From Octopus sinensis (taxonomy: Eukaryota), in assembly GCF_006345805.1 (NCBI RefSeq), contig NW_021827036.1:1-11204 (forward strand): a stretch of 11,204 nt of DNA, in the 5' to 3' direction. This document shows, one piece after another, positions 1 through 8,688 of this stretch. The position numbers and the translations under genes are program-made. The notes beneath the pieces are model-generated. The model ran no database searches. It saw only the letters and a program-made list of their open reading frames with translations, and was not told where the DNA came from. Every line of letters begins with the position of its first letter. Positions within the stretch are counted from its first letter, which is position 1.

Positions 1-57
1 GTTTGTATACGTTCCGTCAATCAAGACAGGGAAGGAGATAATAACTATAAAATAAAT

Positions 58-58
58 G

Positions 59-103
<45 letters not shown>

Positions 104-106
104 TAC
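58..106 (+). repeat. (AAT)n microsatellite
   Basis: About 15 tandem AAT units. Confidence 0.95.
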
Positions 107-394
107 CATAAAAGCGGGTGATATAAACGCGATACAACTGATTAACAGAAACTGAATTCTTATCAGCTGGAAACACTATAAACTTTGTCTATATATCTCT
201 CTCTAAAAATATATTAAGTACATCATCGCTTAAAAATTATTTATCGAAATTCACACCATTGACACACTTTTGCTATTTCCCTTATTTTATTTCGCTTTCA
301 TTTTAATGTCTATTTATAAATCTGTGTGTATGTGTGTGTGTTTGAGTGAGTGTGCAGGTATGTGTTCGATGTGTTTTCTTTTTGTGCATACGTA

Positions 395-432
395 GGTGCA
401 GGAGTGACTGTGTGGTACAGTAGCTTGCTTAC
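395..432 (+). mobile_element. Isolated 5' head fragment of the CORE-type tRNA SINE
   Basis: ggtgcaggagtgactgtgtggtacagtagcttgcttac matches 10059-10096 (ggcgtaggagtggctgtgtggtaagtagcttgcttac); similarity stops at 432. Confidence 0.7.
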
Positions 433-561
433 GCAGTGGCCCAGCAACAAAATTTGCTAAGGAGGTGCAAATCCAGGTCCTAATTTTTTAAATGAAAAAT
501 GTGAATTTTTCCAATGTTAGCATTAAAACAAATGCAGGTATAATAATAATTTTTATTATTA

Positions 562-797
562 TGAGGGTCTGCTGAAATTTTCATAATCTGAGCAAGACAC
601 TCTCGATGGAATGTGACCAAATGAAGTTCATTTTCTAACGTAGTTCCTCTTACTGTCCACACACTTCCATTAGTAGTTGCAGTGCTTGGATCGCACTGGT
701 GAAGAAGCTTTTCTGTTGATCAAAATGGTCATCAACAACATATAAGATGTTCTCATTATAGTAATACTGGTGCTCAGCTGAGTGTTTTTCCTTTCAT
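562..797 (-). mobile_element. Decayed mariner transposon 3' end (transposase C-terminus plus TIR)
   Basis: Minus strand reads KHSAEHQYYYNENILYVVDDHFDQQKSFFTSAIQALQ, then after a frameshift WKCVDSKRNYVRK* (stop 628-630). This fits the mariner C-terminal pattern GIxxLxxRWxKCVxxxGDYVEK*. TIR-like TA|TGAGGGTCTGCTGAAA at 560-577 resembles the TIR at 2475. Confidence 0.8.
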
Positions 798-863
798 GGT
801 TGTTTATTGGTGGAGTAGAATTATTAGAATGCTCGATGAAGTGTTTTGCACCATTCCTATCAG

Positions 864-956
864 CGTTCTGAGCTCAAGTCTCAAAGAGGTCAATTTTGCT
901 TTTTATCCATTCGGGGTTGATAAAACAAAGCACTCGTCGAGTACGGGTTGTATGTC
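864..956 (+). mobile_element. Degenerate fragment of the tRNA SINE (B-box and core)
   Basis: cgttctgagctcaa...gaggtcaattttgctttttatccattcggggttgataaa aligns with 1117-1185. Confidence 0.75.
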
Positions 957-976
957 GCAGAATCGTTAGCAAAAAA

Positions 977-1472
977 GGCGGCGAGCTGGCAGAATGGTTA
1001 GCACGCCAGGAGAAATGCGTAGCCGTATTTCGTCTGCCGTTTGTCTGTCTTTGTTTGTCCTCTCTGTGTTTAGCCCTTTGTGGGTAGTAAAGAAATAGGT
1101 ATTTCGTCTGCCGTTACGTTCTGAGCTCAAATTCCGCCGAGGTCGACTTTGCCTTTCATCCTTTCGGGGTCGATTAAATAAGTACCAGTTACGCACTGGG
1201 ATCGATGCAAATCGACTTAATCCGTTTGTCTGTCCTTGTTTGTCCCCTTTGTGTGAAGCCCCTTGTGGGTAGTAAAGAATTAGAAATAGGTATTTCGTCT
1301 GCCGTTACGTTGTAAGTTCAAATTCCGCCGAGGTCGACATTGCCTTTCATCCTTTCGGGGACGATAAATTAAGTACTAGTTGCGCACTGGGGTTGATGTA
1401 ATCGACTTAAGTTCTTGTTTGTCCCCTCTATGTTTAGCCCCTTGTGGGCAATAAAGAAATAATAAAGAAATA
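977..1472 (+). mobile_element. Tandem array of a tRNA-derived SINE: headed unit with internal deletion (977-1097) plus two headless units (1098-1288, 1289-1472)
   Basis: A-box TGGCAGAATGG at 987-997; B-box-like GAGCTCAAATT and AAGTTCAAATT in units 1 and 2; core gtcgactttgcctttcatcctttcggggtcga; all units end in AAAGAAATA; unit periods 191 and 184 bp. Confidence 0.85.
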
Positions 1473-1672
1473 GGAATCGTTAGCACACCGGACAAAATGC
1501 TTTATGGCATTTTGTCCGGCTCTTTACGTTCCGAGTTCTCATTTCGCCAACGTCGACTTCGTTTTTCTTCCTTTCGAGGTCGCTTAAATAAGTACCACTT
1601 GAGCCCTGGGGTCGCAGTTATCGACTGACCTTCTTCTCCTCAAAATTCCACACCCTGTTGAAAGGATTGTTA
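1473..1672 (+). mobile_element. Related tRNA SINE copy with the same head and core but a different 3' tail
   Basis: gaatcgttagcac head, core and gtaccacttgagccctggggtcg are shared with the array; tail is ...ctcaaaattccacaccctgttgaaaggattgtta rather than ...AATAAAGAAATA. Confidence 0.75.
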
Positions 1673-1864
1673 CTCACTTCTCTCTCACTCTCCCCCTTCC
1701 CCCTCCGGAAGATTTTGGCTGTACTCACCCCTGGAGACGGCTAGGCTTCTCCAGGTTGAAATGTCTAAACATGACGAGTATCGAGACGGCGCTTCTCCGA
1801 CTCTATCAGCACCATCCCTCCTCTATGACGTTGAGTAATAAAAACATTTTTCTTTTATTAACCA

Positions 1865-2260
1865 CTAGCAGAATCGCCCGGCATTGCTCGGGTTTCTAAG
1901 GGAAATAACTATATAAGCATTTTTAGAGAGTTATAGCCAAAAAATAGCAAAAAAAATGCATTAAAATGGAAAAAAAAATTATGGTAAATTTTTTTTAATC
2001 GTTGACTCATCGTGGACATTTTTAGAGAGTTACTTCCCTTATATAATAGCGAAAAAATGCATTAAAATGGAAAAAATGTTGGTAAATTATTTTTAAAATC
2101 GTAGACTCATCGTAGACGCGCGCTAATACCCAGAAGGGCTCGATATGAATCACGACTATAAGATACCCGGTTGTGGTTAAACTGCACCGCAAAATGTGGG
2201 AGTAGTTAGGAATCTAAATCGTAGGAGACAGACACACAACTTGACTTTTATATATAATGA
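1865..2260 (-). mobile_element. Non-autonomous Helitron, copy 1 (396 bp)
   Basis: Minus strand A|TC start and CTAG|T end, subterminal hairpin CCCGAGCAATGCCGGG, no TSD, internal ~100-bp tandem duplication; homologous to 2614-3009 and 3383-3779. Confidence 0.88.
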
Positions 2261-2384
2261 TTTAGCTGGAATGGCGGAAATACTCCAAGGAAGAAGTGTT
2301 CTGCATATTTAAATAGAGAAATTCAGTAGGGTTTTACATAAGCAACATATGGTGAGTTAGGGATACTTCAGCTGAGATAATCCA

Positions 2385-2474
2385 CATATACACACGCATG
2401 CATGTACTCCCATATATGCTTGCGTACACACGCGCACTCACGCACGCACGCACACACACATACACATACATATA
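2385..2474 (+). repeat. Compound (CA)/(CACG)/(CATA) microsatellite
   Basis: Visible short tandem units. Confidence 0.85.
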
Positions 2475-3086
2475 CGAGGGGGTGCTGAAAAGTTCCTGGC
2501 TTTAAGGTTATAGCGAAACACCTGGCTGGAACCCCTACCTTCCGAGTTCTTTTGTAGGGCTTAGAAAAACTGAAGGACCACTACAATAGGTGTGTGAATC
2601 TGAGAGAGGAATATCTTTATATATAAAAGTCAAGTTGTGTGTCTGTCTACTCCGATTTAGATTCCTAACTACTCCCACATTTTGCGGTGCAGTTTAACCA
2701 AAACCGGGTATCTTATAGTCGTGATTCATATCGAGCCCTTTTGGGTATTAGCGCGTGTCTACGGTGAGTCTACGATTTTAAAAATAATTTACCATCATTT
2801 TTTCCATTTTAATGCATTTTTTCGCTATTATATAAGGGGAGTAAATCTCTAAAAATGTCTACGATGAGTCAACGATTTAAAAATAAATTTACCATCATAT
2901 TTTTTCCATTTTTAATGCATTTTTTTGCTATTTTTTGGCTATAACTTTCTAAAAATGCTGTATAGTTATTTCCCTTACAAATCCGAGCACCGCCGGACGA
3001 TACTGCTAGTGTTAAATAAAATCATAATGAACTGATTTTCCTGTATTTTCTTTTACCCGAACCCTGGAACTTTCCAGCAACCCTCA
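2475..3086 (+). mobile_element. Mariner deletion derivative (MITE, ~216 bp) interrupted by Helitron copy 2
   Basis: Left TA|CGAGGGGGTGCTGAAAAGTTCCTGG; the right end reads TGAGGGTTGCTGGAAAGTTCCAGG on the reverse strand (about 22/28 match). Rejoining 2613 to 3010 gives GLEKLKDHYNRCVNLREEYVK*, a mariner transposase C-terminus. Confidence 0.82.
2614..3009 (+). mobile_element. Non-autonomous Helitron, copy 2 (396 bp)
   Basis: A|TC at 2613/2614, CTAG|T at 3006-3010, hairpin TCCGAGCACCGCCGGA at 2982-2997; inverted copy of 1865-2260. Confidence 0.9.
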
Positions 3087-3090
3087 TGAT

Positions 3091-3164
3091 TATATATATA
3101 AATGAGAAACAAAGACGTGTAAGTGTCAATTCATTACGGCCGTTTCGAGCGACTCATTTAATTG
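3091..3164 (-). mobile_element. Possible Penelope-like pseudo-LTR relic with a decayed hammerhead
   Basis: Minus strand GAG-TCG-CTC GAAA CGGCCG TA ATGAATTG, then ~35 nt running into (TA)n; the CUGANGA box is missing. Confidence 0.35.
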
Positions 3165-3382
3165 AACAATGAAAGCATTATATTATTACAGAAAATCGTT
3201 CTCGTCATCTCAAACATAAATAACAAATTAAATATTTAAACATATTCACATCATCAATAGAGAGCAAACAGACTAAATGATTCTGTTGCTAAATATTTAG
3301 TTCGTTCTAACAAGGTGCCTCAATTTAAGTACCTAATTCAATTGAATCTAAATATTATATCATATTATATTTTATTTATATA

Positions 3383-3779
3383 CTAGCAGTATCGCCCGGC
3401 GTTGCTCGGGTTTGTAAGGGAAATAACTATATAAGCATTTTTAGAGATGTAAAGTATAATAGCCATCTCAATATGGTTAACCACAAAGGGGGTGTGTTAC
3501 TGTAGCTTTTTACGTTCTGAGATTTAATAATAAATTTATAGAGAGTTACTTCCCTTATATATGCCAAAAATGCATTAAAAATGGAAACAAATGATGGTAA
3601 ATTTTTTTTTTAAATCGTAGACTCATCGTAGACGCGCGCTAATACCCAGAAGGGCTCGATATGAATCACGACTATAAGATACCTGGTTTTGGTTAAACTG
3701 CACCGCAAAATGTGGGAGTAGTTAGGAATCTAAATCGTAGGAGACAGACAGCACACAACCTTACTTTTATATATAAAGA
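3383..3779 (-). mobile_element. Non-autonomous Helitron, copy 3 (397 bp, variant interior)
   Basis: Minus strand A|TC...CTAG|T, hairpin CCCGAGCAACGCCGGG, inserted in a TA-rich site; ~3448-3540 differs from copies 1 and 2. Confidence 0.88.
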
Positions 3780-3945
3780 TATATATGTATATATATATAT
3801 ATATGTGCACGTAATTCTTGTTTCCATTAGGTTATTTGGACCGGAGTTCTAATGTTTAGCCCTTCACACGCAAACACATATACACACACATGCACGTACG
3901 TGTATATGTGAATGCATGTATTTATGTATATGTATATGAATGTCT

Positions 3946-4131
3946 TTATGGATTTGTATGAGTATAAATTTATATATAATTAAAACTATAAACGTTTATA
4001 AGTGTTTAAGTGTGTGTTTATGTTGTGTATCTGCTTCTATTTCTTTGTACATGTACGCATGCGTATTTGTGTGTATGTATATCTGTGTTTATGTAGGTAT
4101 TTACCTATGTGTGTGTGTGTGTATACATACA

Positions 4132-4167
<36 letters not shown>

Positions 4168-4437
4168 TACATATATATATAAATATATATATATATATTA
4201 TGGATTTGTATGAGTATAAATTTATATATAATTAAAACTATAACGTTTATAAGGTTTAAGTGTGTGTTTATGTTGTGTATCTGCTTCTATTTCTTTGTAC
4301 ATGTACGCATGCGTATTTGTGTGTATGTATATCTGTGTTTATGTAGGTATTTACCTATGTGTGTGTGTGTATACATACATACATACAACATACATACATG
4401 CATATATATATACATATATATATAAATATATAATATA

Positions 4438-4450
<13 letters not shown>
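3946..4450 (+). repeat. ~252-bp tandem duplication of microsatellite-rich sequence
   Basis: ttatggatttgtatgagtataaattt... starts at both 3946 and 4198; the copies differ mainly by single-base indels and repeat-length changes. Confidence 0.9.
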
Positions 4451-4490
<40 letters not shown>

Positions 4491-4493
<3 letters not shown>

Positions 4494-4598
4494 TGTATGT
4501 ATGCGTGAGTGTGTGTGTATGTATGTGTGTGTGTCTCGTGTGTATGTTATAATTACATATGTACACTACTAGACCATTATCAGCGATTGAATAACCAT
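4491..4598 (+). repeat. Direct repeat copy A (partner ~9904-10020)
   Basis: 4538-4598 is identical to 9960-10020 (61 bp); the upstream agatgtatgtatgcgtgagtg is also shared. Confidence 0.9.
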
Positions 4599-4630
4599 GA
4601 CGCATGCTTTAAAGCAAAAACAACTAACTC

Positions 4631-5086
<456 letters not shown>

Positions 5087-5240
5087 ATATCAACAAATCA
5101 ACATAACGCAAGCAAAATAAAACTGCTATTAAAACAAAAGTTACGCAAATAACAAAAAAAAAACAAAGAATATAAAAAATGTCTCCCTTTGATAAGACAT
5201 AATAACATTATAATCATCCAAAATGTATTTATCTTGAACA

Positions 5241-5911
5241 AGGCATGGCTCCACTCTACAACCTCCCTGCTGACATAGCTGTCTCCGTTGCTGCTGATAC
5301 TGATGAGAAAGATCACGTGACTGACGTCTCAGTGATATAGTTCTATAATGGCGAGACGCAATGGGCCAGACCTTCCTTTAAAGCACGGTCTTGAAAAATT
5401 TCAGAGCTGTCATTTCCAACTCTCCGAACTCCCTGAGTAAGGAGGAGCGAGCCTGTTTTCTCTCGGTAGTTGCTGTGGCGAAAGAAGTTGTATGGAAGAC
5501 GAGAGTGAAAAGAATTGTAACAGGCATGTTTATCTCCAGTCTCGAGCTAATCGACTTTTTCGTTTTCCACATGAAACGGAAAATAAGGCTGGAGAAGAAA
5601 TGCCTGTCGCAAAATGTGTTTCGTAAAAGATGGAAGTCTATAGCAAGTATGTTGCGAGTGAAAGAACCTGTTTAATCAAGAATGTAAAAAAGGAGAAAGC
5701 AAAGTCTTCAGTGTGAGTATGTGGTTTGTGGGGTCGATCGCATCCTCCGCTTCATTTTTTGTAAATCGCTCATTCTCATTTAATTGTATACATTTTAATT
5801 GTTTGTTTATTCATACGTTTCGTCTCATTCGATACCCTGACCCCAACGTTTGTTTTGTCTGTCCCCGTATTGTCCCCTCTTTTTCTCAACCTTATGGTGA
5901 ATAAAGAAATA
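5241..5911 (+). mobile_element. 5'-truncated, decayed L1/Tx1-like LINE (ORF2 C-terminus plus 3' UTR)
   Basis: 5391-5675 encodes ...CFLSVVAVAKEVVWKTRVK...FFVFHMKRKIRLEK...FRKRW, resembling the Tx1 ORF2 C-terminal region after the zinc knuckle. The same frame upstream reads RHGS...CLRC with stops. It ends in AATAAAGAAATA directly before (TC)n. Family assignment is from remembered motifs. Confidence 0.65.
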
Positions 5912-5934
5912 CTTCTCTCTCTCTCTCTCTCTCC

Positions 5935-5975
<41 letters not shown>
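5912..5975 (+). repeat. (TC)n microsatellite
   Basis: About 30 TC units with 2-3 interruptions. Confidence 0.95.
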
Positions 5976-5978
<3 letters not shown>

Positions 5979-6029
5979 GACTCCCCACTTCCCTTGGCTT
6001 GATCTGTTTCGCCATTTATTCCTACTACT

Positions 6030-6200
6030 ATTTACTATTTTACTTGTTTCAGTCATTTGACTGTGGCCATGCTGGAGCACTGCCTTTAGTCGAGCAAATC
6101 GACAAATTTATTCTTTGTAAACCTAGTACTTATTCTATCGGTCGCTTTTTGCCAAACCGCTAAATTACGGTGACGTAAACACACCAGCATCGGTTGTCAA
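6030..6200 (-). mobile_element. 3' half of the CORE-type SINE (5'-truncated)
   Basis: Reverse complement of ~10380-10550. Confidence 0.85.
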
Positions 6201-6209
6201 TATATGTAT

Positions 6210-6372
6210 GTCATTTGACAGTGGCCATGCTGGAGCACCGGCTTTTAGTCGACCAAATCGACCGCAGGTCGCATTCTTTATGAGTCTAGTCTCTTTTGGC
6301 CGTACCACTAAGTTACGGGGACACAAACGCACCAGGATCGGTGCGATGTTGGTGGGGTGGACAAACACAGAT

Positions 6373-6412
<40 letters not shown>

Positions 6413-6576
6413 CCCATACTCTTCTTTCAGTTTCCGTCAACCAAATCCACTCACAACTCCTTAACGAGCATGAGGCTCTAGTAGAAGACACACGCCCAAG
6501 GTGCCACGGAGTGGGAATGAACCTGGAACCATGGGATTGGTAAACAAGATACTTACCACACAGTCACTCCTGCGCC
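6210..6576 (-). mobile_element. Near full-length, diverged CORE-type tRNA SINE
   Basis: Minus strand ggcgcaggagtgactgtgtggtaag head, accttgggcg CORE-like segment and internal (TG)n; homologous to 10059-10563. Confidence 0.85.
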
Positions 6577-6638
6577 TATGTATCTATATCTATATCTATG
6601 TCTATCTATCTATCTATCTATCTATCTATCCATCTATC

Positions 6639-6697
<59 letters not shown>

Positions 6698-6716
6698 CTA
6701 TCTATTATTTATCTAT
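6577..6716 (+). repeat. (TATC)n microsatellite
   Basis: About 30 TATC units; source of the YLSI ORFs. Confidence 0.95.
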
Positions 6717-6841
6717 ATGAACCAACTTCACGGCAGGAGGTGCAGATGAGGGCAGCTGCATCTAACTCTCGCATGCACCAAATGGCAATTACTAGGAAGC
6801 ATTCGTGAAGTAAAATCATGTAGCAACACCAAATGGCGACG

Positions 6842-6882
6842 CCCCAGCATGGCCACAGCTTGTGAGCTGAAACTAGTTAAAA
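6842..6882 (+). mobile_element. Retroposon 3'-tail fragment related to the CORE-SINE tail
   Basis: ccagcatggccacagcttgtgagctgaaactagttaaaa versus 10509 ctagcatggccgcagtcaaatgattgaaacaagtaaa. Confidence 0.5.
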
Positions 6883-6966
6883 TATTTTTAAGGATTTTAA
6901 GGATTTATATACATACATACATACATACATGTATACATATATATACACATATACATACATACATAT

Positions 6967-7348
6967 GGAAGCACTCCGTCGGTTACAACGACGAGGGTTC
7001 CGGTTGATCCGAACAACGGAACAGCCTGCTCGTGAAATTAACGTGTAAGTGGCTGAGCACTCCACAGACACGTGTACCCTTAACGTAGTTCTCGGGGATA
7101 TTCAGCGTGACACAGAGAATGACAAGGCCGGCCCTTTGAAATACAGGCACAACAGAAACAGGAAGTAAGAGTGAGAGAAAGTTGTGGTGAAAGAGTACAG
7201 CAGGGTTCACCACCATCCCCTGCCGGAGCCTCGTGGAGCTTTTAGGTGTTTTCGTTCAATAAACACTCACAACGCCCGGTCTGGGAATCGAAACCGCGAT
7301 CCTATGACCGCGAGTCCGCTGCCCTAACCACTGGGCCATTGCGCCTCC
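6967..7348 (-). mobile_element. Full-length tRNA-derived SINE of a third family (~380 bp; OR-like octopus SINE, name uncertain)
   Basis: Minus strand A-box TGGCCCAGTGG (7328-7338) and B-box GGTTTCGATTCC (7284-7295). Candidate 14-bp TSD acatacatacatat at 6953-6966 and 7349-7362, in low-complexity sequence. Confidence 0.85.
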
Positions 7349-7350
7349 AC

Positions 7351-7584
7351 ATACATACATATAAGAGTGTATCTATAAATATGACTGTGCGCCCGCGCGC
7401 TCGTTTGTCTGTCTGTTTGTATGTAGGTATGCATAATGCATATGCATTTATATTATGTTTGTTTGTGTGTATGTATGCATATGAGTGTGTTTGTGTGTGT
7501 GTGTGTGCATGTCTGTGTGCATGCACACACTCGTGTGTGTGTACGTGGATATATATATATATATAATATATATATATATATATA

Positions 7585-7624
<40 letters not shown>

Positions 7625-7851
7625 AAACTGGGAGGAAGGAAAGTGGGACGAAAACGACGAATCGAAGTTGTAAAAATATGGCTTGTCCGTTTTCGTTTTT
7701 CGTTGAGTTCTACGTCTAGTTGCAGTGTCCTGTACTCACGTTATATATTATATATGCATGTATATATATACATGTAGATGTAGGTACGTACATATATGTT
7801 TGTATGCATGCATATATTTTATTCATTACATTATTATATATATATATATAT

Positions 7852-7895
<44 letters not shown>
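7351..7895 (+). repeat. (TG)/(TA)-rich compound microsatellite blocks
   Basis: TG, TATG and TA runs interrupted by ~110 bp of unique sequence at 7623-7740. Confidence 0.85.
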
Positions 7896-7896
<1 letters not shown>

Positions 7897-7996
7897 TCAA
7901 TATAGGGAGGCAAAAAAATTTTGTAGAATTCTTTTGCCCCCAGCGGCCTAGTGGGAAAAAAATTAAATAGTCATAAACCATTTTTAAGTTCAATAT

Positions 7997-8169
7997 CACA
8001 ATCAAGGAACGGCCATAATAGGCCATTCACCCACTAAAATAACAGCCAAAAAGCTTCAACCGCAAAATAACATTAATTCCTGATTTACGGAATTAATGTT
8101 ATTTTGCGTTGAAGCTTTTTGGCTGTTATTTCTAGTGGGTGAATGGCCTATTATGGCCGTTCCTTGATT

Positions 8170-8172
<3 letters not shown>
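7997..8172. mobile_element. 176-bp fold-back (palindromic) MITE with CAC...GTG termini and ATAT flanks
   Basis: Arms 7997-8080 and 8089-8172 (84 bp each) are reverse complements apart from two single-base indels; 8-nt loop tgatttac; ATAT at 7993-7996 and 8173-8176. Confidence 0.75.
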
Positions 8173-8215
<43 letters not shown>

Positions 8216-8688
8216 TACACGTCCTTTCCAAAACGATACAATCACAAAGCGCAAAGTAAGTCACTCCGCCCGCATTCCCTCGCATTGGCCTTCAACACCA
8301 ACCAAGTGTCCTTTCCTGACTGAAACGAATTTACAATCGACAATTGAAAATAATTTTTATCCATCATCACTCGTCACAAACTTTCCGCTGTTATTTCACT
8401 CTCAATAAATTACTTAAAGGTCAGGCCAGAGCTGTCATTCCGTCCTTATTCACCTCGTTCAATAATAAATAATTTCAATACAATGCAAGTACTTATGTTA
8501 TTCTCGACCCTTATTCAAGGTTCATTAAATAATATAACGACCTCCCTAAAGGGACTGATTCATTCTAGAAATTGTGTGTGATCACTTATTTGTTGCTTAC
8601 TCTTTTTTTATTTATATTTTTTTTTTGGCAGCTTGCTCACAGAAGGTAGAAACAGAGCCTAAAGTTCTTGTGAAGATCGGCCAATACA

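Noticed and set aside
480-662. 60-aa minus-strand ORF
   Set aside because: An off-frame overlap with the mariner remnant; the meaningful frame is WKCVDSKRNYVRK*.
977-1330. tRNA gene or CRISPR-like array
   Set aside because: The tRNA-like heads continue into SINE cores, and the repeat units are ~190 bp without unique spacers.
5301-5335. CTGATGA hammerhead-like core plus adjacent E-box and CRE-like motifs
   Set aside because: No stem II followed by GAAA; the motifs are short and lie inside the LINE remnant.
7640-7705. 9-bp inverted repeat ACGAAAACG/CGTTTTCGT
   Set aside because: Too short to be distinguished from chance.
7997-8040. CACAATC as a RAG/Transib RSS-like heptamer
   Set aside because: No nonamer at 12 or 23 bp and no 5-bp TSD (aatat versus atata).
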